Assembly: GCA_964187785.1 (NCBI GenBank)
Contig: OZ076409.1
Span: 38,194,001 to 38,258,000, forward strand
Length of the DNA: 64,000 nt
Direction of reading: 5' to 3'
Origin: Amphiscolops sp. MND2022
Lineage: Eukaryota
The notes under the pieces are model-generated. The model was not told the origin of the DNA and ran no database searches. It saw nothing but the letters and a program-made list of their open reading frames with translations. Positions 24,035 through 36,773 of the stretch are shown here, one piece after another (within the stretch, counting starts at the first letter, position 1; each line of letters opens with the position of its first letter). Position numbers and translations under genes: made by a program.

Positions 24035-24444
24035 CTCACTGTGCTGACACAAGGCTGACAAATGAAGTGGGGTGCTTCCACAGTTGGAAGATCGGCTACA
24101 TAACGCTCATCTGCGAAAACATGAGCTATGTTGCGCTTTTCAGTATCTCCTCTCGGGGAGTGACCTTGGCATTTCAAATCTTCTAAAACATTCAAGAACG
24201 TTTTGTGGTCCAGGTGCATTAAATTCTGGCTCAGAACATCTTTGAACTTATTATCAAGCTAGGGAGGCAAAAACATTTCTATATTATACTTTTCGGACAC
24301 CTGCTAGATGATAAAATTCCTTTGTTCGAATTTCTTGTCTTGGGACTTTGGAAGAGGTCGGTCAACTTCTCATCCCAACCTTTTCCTCCACCAGGAGATC
24401 AGTTTGGCATACGTATTCGTCAATTTTTTCTCTTCATGAGTCTG

Positions 24445-24922
24445 TTTTTTTTAGTCGGTGCATTTTAGTAGAAAATGTGCCCGACTCTTACAGTGGGTAG
24501 TTTTTTAGACGCGTAAGGTCTACTTTTTTGTTCATTTGTTCAACAACTTGAACTGTGGAGGTTCAAAACACTCGAACCTCAGAAGCGCGTCCAAAACGAA
24601 AAGAAAAAACAAAACACGCCCAGAACCTCGAAAATACACTAAGGATCCCACCTTAGCCCCACTTTGTTTCGGCACTATGGACTTTTTTTGAAATTTTTTG
24701 GATTGCACCAAAGGGTCCCCCCTTCATTTGTTTCGATATTTTGCAACACAATGGATATCAAAAAATCCCAAAGGGTCCCCCTTTTACATTTTTCGGCACT
24801 GTGACACTGTTCAAAAATCACATTTAAAAAAATTGGGAAATTTTTCTAAGTCAAAGGGTCCCCCCCCCCTTACAATTTTGAGCCTTAGATATGGCGCCGA
24901 GTTTGGCCGTTCTTGGCTTATT
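24445..24922 (+). mobile_element. Complete HINE family 1 copy
   Basis: 5' T-run + AGTCGGTGC stem-loop; internal ttcggcactgtg and aagggtcccc modules; 3' agatatggcgccgagt + hairpin + ttatt. Confidence 0.75.
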
Positions 24923-26250
24923 GGTCTTTCATCCGGAAGAGTCAAAATGCTTCAAGTTACAAGAATAGAAATTTACGGCTCCTAAAATAATTGTAAAATG
25001 TTGCAAAATCCTGGATCGTCCTCGTTGGAGCTTGAAAGCATTGTATCAGTTTTGAATTACAGAGAAACATCCATCGAATGTTAAAATTGGGTTCCATACT
25101 GTTGGTCTAAAGCATTTACTATGTACATGTGCATCATGTCAGATCCTGTAAAATGTAAAATGTCAGATCGAAACAGTTGAACGAAACTAGGTTGTCATGC
25201 AATCCTCGAGGTTTATCAGTTCTGAGTTGAGGTACTTCTGCTGAGGAAAAATTTCCTTCTCATTTTTTATCCTCATTCAATCATTGTTCATCATCTTCTG
25301 ATATCAGAAGATGGTATGTACCATGTGTTAAACTTATGTTAAACTCTTCATAAAAATTGCTTTTTGTCTCCGTTGAAAAATTAGCTATGGTGTCTACGAA
25401 CAGGTACAGAAATTGATACACTGCTCATTTCTGGAATTTGATGGTGTGCTGAGCTTTATGATAGCTGCGTTAACGAACTCGTTAGAGCACGCAAAAAAAA
25501 AACATTTTTTTGTCAGGCAGCTCTGTGAACTTTCGTTCTCTCCCTAAACAAATTACAGAGTTTCCCTGTCAGGCGACAGGCCTGGAACTGAATTGGCTGT
25601 TTTTTACACACTTTACGACTAAGATCTGAAGAGTAAACGAAGTGACTGATATACCCCTCTCAAAAAAGTTAGACTTTTTCCAATTTCAAACTTGCATGAG
25701 ACCACTGTTCGGCACAGTGCGAACCTTTCGTAAAACTCTTACATTTCAGTAACCACTTTTTAGCCCATTAGTTCGGGTGTGGAACTGGAATGCAGAAAGT
25801 CGTGGGTTCAAACTCTGTGCTGTTTTGAAAACGATTTTTAGCAAAAGTATACAAAGCTTTCTACTTCGACACTGTGAGACTATTTTTTGGAAGAAGTACT
25901 TCATCAAAAACAACTCATTGCACTGAAGGGTCTCCTCCTCAACCTTTTCTGTATTCTGCCATGCAAAAATTTTTTTGCGTCATGTACACTTTTTTCTTTT
26001 TTGAACATTTGGTGACAAAGCTGACTCCCCAGGTCTATAGTACGAATCTGAGTGGCGTCAAAGTTTTGCATTTTTCCAATGAAAAAAAATACAAAAAACC
26101 GTTTACTGAAAAAACCGTCTTCTTCGATTCAAAGAAGCGCTGTTTGTTGACACTATATAAGATAAAAGAAGCGAGGTGGCTCTGCGATATTTTTTGTATA
26201 CTGTAACAACAGAAAAATTCCAAAGGGTACCATTTAGGGTATAAAAACGG

Positions 26251-29200
26251 TGTAACGAGACCCTCTAATGTCCAAATACGAAGATGTTTCGGTTGAAGAA
26301 ATTTCGTGAGAAATTCCAATTGAATGCTTGAAGTGGCACTGACAGTGTGATTGCTCTTTTCGCTGTTTCTACGGAATTGGCAGGTACTTCGAGAACAAAG
26401 AGCAAGATCGAGCAAAAACACAAGGGCAGCCGCCATCAAAGACGCCAGAGACTGCAAAAACCTCTGAAAAGAGACACTTGTAAAACTGCTAACACCCGGT
26501 TTTTCATGATTTCAGCAAAATGCTACCTTAAGTAGTGAACACCGCAAGGATGAATGTTCCCTCTGATTCACGAATCTGTACCTGTGGTGCAACAGCTAAC
26601 GAGCTGAATGTGGATATTGCCAAATACTTGTCGTAGACGAGATTGCTGTACCTTGCTGGGATTTTATGGCAACATTGACAACTCTGGATGTTAATCCACA
26701 AGTCACCCTGGAAAAACAAATTCGTATATTTTTTCTTAGAAGGTTTTCAAAGGCTGTCTAAGCGGTAGTTTCGAAAAGAAAAAGACTAATTCAAGCTACT
26801 GACTGCAATTAAAAACTGGAACAGGCCGACGAGCGCTCGATAGAGACGGAATTGCCCTCCTGACGGACAGTTTTTACCTTAGGAGGCAAAACAGGCCTAT
26901 GGCTATGGGCGCATGTGCCGGGCAAAAACCAATGTCAAAGGTTCGTCCAACTTCATTGACGGAGAAGCAACAGTGACAACTTGCGGTTGCATGAAGACAT
27001 CTCATGTTTTCGCGACCACCGAGGGATCGCCTCAGAGTGCTCTGGTGATTGACGCCAAATCTGACGTGGCTCTGGTAGGTGATATTTACGCAGATTTTGT
27101 CTTTCCATTTCATGAATATTTTTGGCAGGTAATATGTCTTTTTTTTTCAGGTCATTTCACCGAATGTTATGCTTTTGTTGAAAGTATTCGTTGACAGGTA
27201 TCGTCGGAATGTGCAAGTTCCGATCAGCGGATACCTTTGTAATGGCCTAGCGAAATGTTAGAAAGCCGTTAAACATGTTGTAGCAAGTGTTCAGAAGCTT
27301 ATTTCAGTGTTTTTGTCAATGAACGAGATATACAGCCCATGGATGCGTCATGCTCCATCCGACCAATAGATGAGCTGAAACGAGTGTTCCAAACTCCCCC
27401 TACCCATTTCTCGTGGAAACATTTTAGAGGAATGCTTTTTGTTGAAGCGTTAGCGCAAGTGTTTACGTTGCCGTCGGTCGAAATCGTTTGTCTCTGGCTG
27501 GTCTGAATGTCTAGAAAAAAGTCGGCAAAGTTACGAAGCCCTCATTGCCGACGTAACGACATTTTGAAGTCCGGGAGAAAAAAATTTCGAATGCGTATTT
27601 TTTCGTGGGTAATCGTTCGGTTACGCTAGATGTCCCATGTTGCAACTCAGTGTGTGCTTTCGAACCTGTTTTTAATCGGCGCAATTTCCTTTAAAGGAAA
27701 AATGGCCGACTCTTACAGTGTCCTTTTGTTTCTCCAGACCACAGACCTCACAATGATCGGTCCACTTTTTACCTAATTTAGTGAAACTACTCAGGCCAAG
27801 TCCGGCCAATGCAAAGTTAGTGCAAAGGGTCCTACTTTCACTTTTTACTTTATTAACGTAACCTAAGAAACCGGACGAGGTCAAAGGGTTCCCCTTTTGT
27901 TTTTTCCGCACTCTGCGACTGTTTTCGAAAATTGTTTAAAGTCTCAAATATGTCTCCTCTTAATCCTAAAAATTGAGAAACAAAGTGGTTTTCCAGTCTT
28001 ATCGATCATGCAAGGCACCCCTCAGGTGTCTCGAAACTGTTTTCTGAGCTTTCATAAATACGTCCTGAGCATTTTTAAAAAAACTTTGCACTTTTAGCGC
28101 CATAGATACAGCGCCGGTTTTGAGAAATCTCGTTTTGTTTTAGAAAAAGTTCGATATTTAGCAAGAACGTCACTTTATGTTTTTTTGATATTTTCCTCAG
28201 TACGAGCGGAAGCACTCTAGGTATTGGCAACGGCAGTTTCAAAAAAGAACAAAAAATAGCCCAAAACCTCGCTGAGTTTATTACAAAAGGTAAGAATAAC
28301 GAGAAAAGCTGCTGAAGCACCTTTATAGAAGCATTTGTATGAAAAAAACAGTTTTTTGTAATTTTGCCAAAAACTACTGAAAACAGTCACTGGAGGAGAG
28401 TGCAGTGCCGTAAAGTGGTGCAATTGCCTTTCCCGTGATGCTATAAGTTTGGGGTGCATTCCGCAGCATAGAAAACAACGTTTTGCCCAGGTTTTTTGCA
28501 TCTTTTAAGTAAGGAAAAAACATGACTTTGGCTAGTTTCAGGAGTGACCAAGTACACCATTAAAACGTCTGGGGCACTCAGTGGTTTTCTTAGCTAGATT
28601 AGGAGCTCTCGATTTCTAGAGAACGACGTGTGGAGCAAACAAACTGGGTCAAGAAACTCTTTTCCTGTGCTGAGATAATTTGAAAAACGCACTGAAAAAC
28701 CCCAATTTTTTTCATCAACCCTATTTGTCCCAAAAGTAGGGTCGGGTCATGAATATCGTTACTGTACCTAAAAGGCCTTTCCGCCAACGTCATAAAAACT
28801 GTTTACCCAGAAACATTGGTGAGCCTAACGCTAACAAAATTTGGGAGAGATCTCTGACGTTTAGACATCAGAAAAAGCAAAGAGGCCAAAACTTGCCAAA
28901 ACTACAGGACTGACAGTGCCTTTTACCTAATGGGAACAGCTAATTGTGGGCTAAATTCGTGATGCGATCAGTGCGACAACGAATTGGTTCTATTTTGCCA
29001 GCTGTAACGTCCCTTGGAGTGACCCTCTAATTAATTCGTTACAGAAAGTCTTTAAAAAACACTGTGTTTTCGAAAGTAGTGTAAGTACCTAGTCGGAACC
29101 TAAACGAAGCATCCGTGCTTCTATTAGACTAATACAATAGAACTGTGGATACTTACTGGCAATGATTTCCAAGATAGTAATTGATACAATACTCGCGGAG

Positions 29201-32200
29201 AATTTGACTAAAACAGACCGCACGAAAAAGGGCGCAAGAAGGCAATTTTTTGATGCTTTTTTTCTTTAGTGGGCACACGTTAGTCAAAAAGTGGGGCCCA
29301 ATTGATACCCACGATTGTACCTTGGGCTAATCGTTGTATCGTTGCCGAAAAAATGAGCTGGGTAGATCGTTGCAGTAGACCGGAAAGTTGAACTATTCCT
29401 GAATACCAGTGCAACTCGAAACATTAGTACAAGACGAGAGTAGTTTGTTGAAATTTTAACTAGTCGTTTTGGCCAAATTCGGCGAATACCCTCATGTACT
29501 TCAGTATACGTGAGATTGGGCGGCAATTTTCGAGCCCAATCGTACTTTTCAAGAATTAGCTCGAGTCACTTATTTTTTTTCAAGTGAATCTGAAAAAAAC
29601 AAAGAACGCCAAAAAAGCCACTGTCTTGTGACTTGACACGATTACTCCAATTCGGGACAGAGAACGAAGTCGTGCCATTTTATCATTTCGGTTTAAGGTT
29701 TCCCCGGTACGAAAAATGAAGAACTTGATGGAAGCCTAGTTGTACGTGTCAAAAACCTGCGAAATCCTAAGTTACAACTCACAATCGTGAACGCATTGTA
29801 TTACTTGTGTTTTCGGGGTCGGTAGCAAACAGGCATCGCTAAATCGTAGTGTCCCGTTACAAATAGTTGCGATAACTATTATTTTTGAAACGCGTGGGAC
29901 TAATTTTCTGAATCGCTTCTGAAAAATGGGCTCAAGCTACTGCCCACCATTTAACCAGTTCCAATTGTTACACAGTTACCGACCGTCTGTAACGCGTCAA
30001 AATCTCACCGAAGTTCTCTAGTCAAATTCGTGGTTTGTTACGAGTACCCGGTTATAGGTAGGCACGCGTGGCAAAAAGTAGCCCAATTCTAATTCACAGC
30101 GTTTGTATGAGCCACTTGAGTGTTTTTTTCAAAACCTGAAAATTCAAAAAAAACTCGGAAAGTAAATACCTCAAATCTGGAAGCAACTATTTACTTGTGA
30201 ATCTGACGGAACGTGCTGTGTCAGTTTTGGCAAGCTACAATTGCAAGAACCATTGTAAACCCCCCAAAAATTTGTCAATACACGAAACATTGTAAAACTC
30301 GGTTAATTCCGCGCTACCAAATGCAAGATAAAAAAAAGCCTTCACTTCCCAATAATAGGGAACTATTAAGCCGCCCTGGGCGCAAATGAAGCAAATCCTA
30401 CTGTTCAAAAATTTGCCGGGGGGTTCATAAAACTTCGACATCTTTAGAACATTGAATTTCCATCTTTGTAGAGACCAAATCGGAAATTGCAAGTGCCCAC
30501 CGGCTTTCCCGAAAACAATTTTGCCACGAGAGCACCACTAGGCAAAACGCTGTCAGTCTCAGCAAGAATTTGAACATCCTGAAAAGACCCTGAAGAAACT
30601 GACTTCATCAAATTCACCAGATTTCAAGAAGACCTCTTGCGACGATAAACTTGCAAAACTGTTCGAGTGTAAAAACTATTTTGATCACTTTGGTGCCCCA
30701 AGTTGGTGTTTTTTTTTGTTGTATCACCTAATACCAGTGCCAAAGGTAGCCTCAGTTGTGCCTAAAACACTTCTGAAAGACTACTACACATCCAAATTGT
30801 TTGAAGTTGCCACGTCAACGGACAACTCGTACGTGTGTTTGCTATACTCAATTGCAGGCGATTGGAGCATTTCCTCACAAGTAACGATTTCCAGCCCAGG
30901 AGCATTGTGCATAGCGCTGTGAACTTTTTACCACTTTACTGACACTAAAATCAACTTTGATCAAACTAATTTTGCAAAAAAGAGGCGAAAATAAACAAAA
31001 TGTCAGAATGACCATTTTTGGACGAGAAGTCAGGCGTTCATCAGGAGACTCTCTCTTTTTAAGAAGCGGCAAACTTGTGAAAATCGAGTCCGAGAAGCCA
31101 TGTGAACAGGAAAAACATTCGGATAGGTCAGACTTTACCTTGATCCGAAGGTGGATTGGCCATGAAAAAAACTCTCCATCTAACATCAAGTTATCACTCC
31201 CGATAATTTGTCTGATGACATACTGACTACATTGCAAGATATAGCAACGGTCCCAGTGAATGGTCTAGTCGAGAAAGGTGTCAAACCTGAACAGCGTTTA
31301 CGAAGTACTTTATGCGAAAAAAAGAACTTGATTGTGACCAACAAATGGCATTTCTATAAGTCTGAAGCCTGTTGCGAGCTCAGATGACAATGTACACGCG
31401 AACCACGAATAAGCAAAACGAGCTCGAGATTGCCAATTAAAGGTAGTCCGAGTGTCGCTGGAATTCAAAAAAGTACATTCAGATTGTATTCGACGTTCCG
31501 TTGAGGTACTAGATTCGAATTTATTTGAGGAGATACGATTGGGAATACTCAAACAATCACACGATTTCCATCACTGATTTTAGGCTGATTGTTCGGGAGA
31601 GACAACGAGGATTAGAACTAGCCGCTGCGGTCTCTGACCTAAGTGATAGGGTGTTAATGGAGTTCGTCCAGCATTTGATAGTCGTGATCAACTTAATAGG
31701 CAAAAAATATTCTACGAGCAACAAACACTCAACAACTACAACAAGGTCGGCTGGGACGAAGCTCAATCGGAAACCTGAAAAGCGATGACCATGGGAATCA
31801 ATGCCACTTGAGGTCTTGAAAGCCATCAAAAACTCAACCACAGCTATCTTAACAATACAGTGTCACTAAAGAAATTCATTTCCAGGCTGTACCCAAAGTT
31901 CAGTCTACGGTACTACCCACCGTTCTGGGTCCTAGCGTTGATCTCATCCTCCCAGACATAAAATCGTCCTCGTCCTCTGAAAATAAAAACGCCGTAGCTG
32001 TCGATATGAAAAAAAGGTTATCAGCTTGAAACACGGGAGCTCGGCGGGCTCGTAACAGCGAAACATCGACAATCATGTTTGCTAAGTTACAGTCAAACAA
32101 AAGGCCTATTTCCTTTCACGCCGACGTAAATTCAATGCTGCATAAAGAGAGTTTGCAATCTGTATTCGACGATCCATCTCAACTTCATTAGTTGAATGGA

Positions 32201-34485
32201 CGTCTTTCGTAATCTCGAATGCAGTGGTTACGTGGGAAGGTCGGCAGAACACCTTGATGTTCTGGAATGCTTGATTGCATGGTCACATCTAAATTGTGCA
32301 ACTTGGTATGGCCTACTTGGTTCTTGCAAAAACAAATCGACCTGACCCACCACGTTTTTTTGCAAAACGACCCTCAACTCCATGTTCTGGATTTCAAACA
32401 GATTGACGAAATTATAAATTAACCTGCAAACATTGTGTTGAAAGCTGATATTTTATCAACACCAAACTATTTTGACAAATACAAAGACGAATCCATTAAC
32501 TTTGGCTAACTACACTCACTTTCCTGGAACGAAGTGCTTATTATCAACGCCACAGTTACTGCCAATTTTATCGAAAAAATTACATGAGCCACGATCTAGC
32601 AAATATGGTTTACACAAACTTGTTCAGCTTGACCCGCAGGTCTTCACAGCGGGATTGCCTGGTGGTTCGAACAGAACTCGACCCTCTGATCACAGACGTA
32701 GTCGTCCACCACGCTTAGTCACAAAAACCATTCTACAAACAAGGTAAAACCGACCGAGGGGACATCTGCGTGGCCGCCCTCCAAACACCTGTCATTTTTT
32801 GAGAACAAACAGTCTCAAAATCGTCGACACCCAAAAGTTATCATTGGGAAACGGTGTTCAATGAATAAGGTACGGGGAGTCCCATTGGACAGAAGGCACC
32901 CTGGTTCTCCACCACCCAGGTTGACTTCCCACGAAAATTGTCACCACCTGAATCAATGAACTCCCGTAGATTTTTTTCACTCGACTCAGATGGTTGCAAC
33001 CAGAACTTGCCATCAAAATTTTTTCCTTCTGTTATATTTTATTTTAACGATTTCATGTAAATCACTACACTATATGTTCACACAATATTTTATTTTGTCT
33101 ATACTATCTTTCCTATCCTCAAAAACCAAACGTCAATTCATCCTTTATTCAGTAAATTTTTGCAAAGCTTTCAACGGAAAATTTGGTGTTATGGAGTTCC
33201 TGAGCTCCAAATTCTTGAGTTGCAGGATCTTTGTTTACCTTTGCTTTAGTGCGCTTTCTCACCAGCTGTTCGAAATTTTGATACGCTCCTCAAACGATGC
33301 TGCTGAAATGAATACGGGTATGGAGCTGCACAACAGTGCGTGTTGCCCAAATCAAGCCAAACTACGGACCAAAAACAGCTGAAAACAGTTTATTTTATAA
33401 TCAGTGGTTTTCTGCAGAAAAAATTTTTATCGAAAACAACGTTTAACTGTTCTGCAAACTGAGTTTTTACTGGTGGGAAAAACGTTTGGAAAGAAACCGC
33501 AACGTAGAGCCTTGGGGCTCCAAAAAAACTCACTTGCGAAAAACAACATCACAGTGCTAGCAAGATCTTTTTTGCACATAGTGCCAAAAACTTGTGGAAA
33601 CCCAATGATGCTCTTCGATTCATATAAAGAATAATGGTTTTGATTTGTTTGAAGTTTCATTTTGAGTGCTCGTGTTCAAGCCCATGGACTTGCTCCAGTT
33701 TTGTCAGTCAGTGAACGATGCAGGTTCAATAGATGGCAGGAGGCAAGACTTCAATGTTGCTCAAAGAGCAAAACATGCTTTTGACACTGTAATCTTGCGA
33801 AATCATCAGATGAACAACCAATGGATTGCAATGACGTGAGGGTAAAGTCAACGCCAGCAACACGTATGCATGGACGTCTGCATAAGGTCCGGGAACTATG
33901 TAACGATACCCTCTAATGTGCAATAAATGCAATAACACAAAGCACAAGGGCAGCCGTCATCAAAGACGTCAGAGCAAAACCTGCAGAACCTGCAAAAACC
34001 TCTGAAAAAGACTCTTTTACAAATGCTAACGAATGTTTTTCTTGATTTCAGCAAAAGGCTACTTTATGTAGTGAAATCGCAAAGATGCGTCTTTACGTCT
34101 AGTTTACGAGTCTGTGCCTGTGGTGCCCCAGCTTACGAGCTGAATGTGGATATTACCAAATAATTGTCGTGGACCAGATTGCTGTACCTTTTTGTGATGT
34201 TATGGCTACTCTGGTAATTTTAGATGTTATTCCAAAAGTCACCCTGAATAACGCAAATTTATGTATTTTTTGGAACATTTCCTAAGGGCCTAAGCGGTAG
34301 TTTCGAAGAGAAAAGGCCTTTTTCACGTTACTGACATCACTTAGAAACTGGAACAGGCAGGCGAGCGTTTAGAGACGGAAGCCCCCTCCTGAGGGGACAG
34401 GTTTTTCCTCAGGAGGCAAAATGGGCCTATGGCTATGGGCCCCTGTGCCGGCAGATACCCATGTCACAGATTGCCCCACTTCGTT
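26251..34485 (+). mobile_element. Heavily decayed Ty3/Gypsy-like LTR retrotransposon relic
   Basis: Diverged direct repeats starting TGTAACGA.ACCCTCTAATGT at 26251 and 33899 (clear homology 26419-26955 vs 33943-34484); faint RT, RNase H and integrase-like phrases on + strand between ~29600 and 31800. Confidence 0.45.
27669..28140 (+). mobile_element. HINE family 1 copy
   Basis: 5' tttttaatcggcgc...gccgactcttacagtg; 3' agatacagcgccggtt + GAGA-AA-TCTC hairpin + ttttgtt. Confidence 0.6.
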
Positions 34486-35021
34486 TATACTGCGTTTTTT
34501 AAACTGGAAATATCAAAACAACCGATGCAGTGAATCTCAGAAGAGAAAATCAAATCACAGCCGAAAAATAAACCTACTGTTTTTATTAATATTATATATT
34601 ACCGCAATTTTTTTATGGATCGGTCTAAATTAGAGACGAACATTTTTCACAACTACATATCATTTGCTATTGATGCACGATCGGAGAAAACATCATACCA
34701 CGGACAATCGTCTGAGGGAAATAATTTTGCCCAATCCTGTTCTCTTTTTGGACTGGGCTCAATTGGTCACCATAACGTACCGTTTGGAATCACTTTGATT
34801 TTTGTTTGAGGACCAAGAATTTTGACAGCAAACCGCCGAAAACTTGAACCTGTGCGCGATCTGATTCATTGTGTACAAGTTTTTGTCGAATTTTTTGCAA
34901 GTAATCAGATTTCGAAGGAAACAGGTCAAGCACCCCAAAAAATTGAGAAAAAAATGTAATTGGCGGTGACATTTTCAGCATTTTCTTTGAATACTTCAGT
35001 TGAATCTCAACCAGATACAGC

Positions 35022-36106
35022 TGTGTTGACTGACATCTTGTTGGAATTCGTTTAATTCTATAGGTCTATTCTCTAGCATCACGTTTTCAGAGCTTACTCC
35101 ATTCAAACCTTAATTCAAATCACAAGACGTCTTGTCAGTCAACGAGTCTATTTTAGAAGACAAATTCTCTATCATTTTTAGTATTTCTCTTTGTCCAGTC
35201 TCTGTGTCCTTAATTCGTTTATTCACCGACTTTTCGATTTTTTCTGTCAAGTCAGCAAAATCCTCGTCGGAAATACTGGGGACATTACCTGTCCTCATGC
35301 TCGAACACTCTGGCTCATCTACTGAACTTGTGATTGATTCACGTCTGGCTTTCCTCTTAGAACTTCGCTCAGGCATGCTGTTTGGATTGATCTCAAATTT
35401 CTCAAGAAATAATTCAAACTGATTGATAGACAAAGAAAATGCGGATTGCAATATGTTAATTGTCGTTTAACTAGCAAGTTATTAATTCACAACGAAACAA
35501 TATTTCAACTACTAATGGCTCCCAAGTTTCAGCATATTTATACCTTTCACTCTCCGAAGAGCGGGGAAAACACAACAACATTTCACATGCCGTTCAGCCC
35601 GGCGTCCATCCCAAGCGGGGAAACCGGAAGTTCAGTTCCGCTTTGTCGAACTCAGACCTTCAGCTTGTTCATGCTTTCCGAAGAAAGCACGCGTCCACTT
35701 CCTGTCTGAGTTGCGACTCCGCTTCCCTTCGCCTCCAATTTCCCGCTCTTCCAAGACGCCGAAGCTGAACTTGGCGAAATTGAAAGCGGTGAATCATCGA
35801 GAGTACTGCAAATTGGATATGGGAATTTGGAAAAAGAATGACAGTCAATATTTTACAGAAATATTCCTTAGATTAATAAAGATAGCATCGTTCTAGTTTT
35901 AGACTGACAAAATTACGCACAGGAAAGTAAATGAGCAGATAGGACAGTTCATTCGATGTTTACAAGGCTGATTCGACTGAGAGCAGTGAGGCATTAGCCC
36001 CAGGCCACGGTCCGGGACGGACAAATTTACTTCAGAAGGAAAAGAGTAAATATTGGTGACGAATATTATGGAAAGCATCATCTTGAGCGATGGTTAACGT
36101 GATTCA
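35022..36106 (-). mobile_element. Possible solo LTR containing a gag-like coiled-coil ORF start
   Basis: ORF MPERSSKRKARRES...IEKSVNKRIKDTE resembles in style the LTR-borne ORF at 52007; TATAAA upstream; TG...CA ends flanked by ACAGC (could be chance; alternative end 35909). Confidence 0.3.
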
Positions 36107-36573
36107 ACAGCAACAATTTCGGGGTATAGGAAATACATGTTTTTAATGTGTACAACTAAATCCTGGGCCCAGGCCGAGGTCCAGGCTCAATCGCTATTTA
36201 CATGCAAAAAATCATTATATGTAATATTCAACCGACAATATCATTCATGAACACAATTAATAAGCTCCAGGTTTATTCCTGAACAAAATTACGTAATAAC
36301 ATCAACGTTTACTGCTTTTATAATTAAATTAGTACATAATCATTCTCACTCCACATCCCAGGCCGCGGTTCATCGTATTTAGTGCATTTAATATGAAAGG
36401 TCTATTATTAGGACAATTGCACTCATATCGCCATTTAGTTACTGCAGAGGGTATTAAAACGTTTACATGTATTCATTAGCACATTTAATTCAGCGCATTG
36501 TGCTTAGCAGCGTGGTTCATTCTCAGGCCGCGTCCCAGGCCGGCGCTTCACGGTCTGAATTTGAGGCCGGCTG

Positions 36574-36773
36574 NNNNNNNNNNNNNNNNNNNNNNNNNNN
36601 NNNNNNNNNNNNNNNNNNNNNNNNNNNNNNNNNNNNNNNNNNNNNNNNNNNNNNNNNNNNNNNNNNNNNNNNNNNNNNNNNNNNNNNNNNNNNNNNNNNN
36701 NNNNNNNNNNNNNNNNNNNNNNNNNNNNNNNNNNNNNNNNNNNNNNNNNNNNNNNNNNNNNNNNNNNNNNNNN
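36574..36773. other. Assembly gap (200 N)
   Basis: Run of N of round length, typical of a scaffolding gap of unknown size. Confidence 0.99.

Noticed and set aside
1740..24200. Apparent colinear RAG1-like motifs on the - strand (IAHVF...CQPC, FCKTC, LRDNTNxS, SPNSETSSK, CTVC...KG...KP) suggesting a ProtoRAG/Chapaev fossil
   Set aside because: Each match is short and weak. The key LRDNTN segment is simply the antisense of the Vangl terminal exon, the PNSE frame competes with a more coherent alternative frame, and the 1740-1980 frame is full of stops. Most likely over-fitting; a RAG1 profile search of the TE-masked sequence would settle it.
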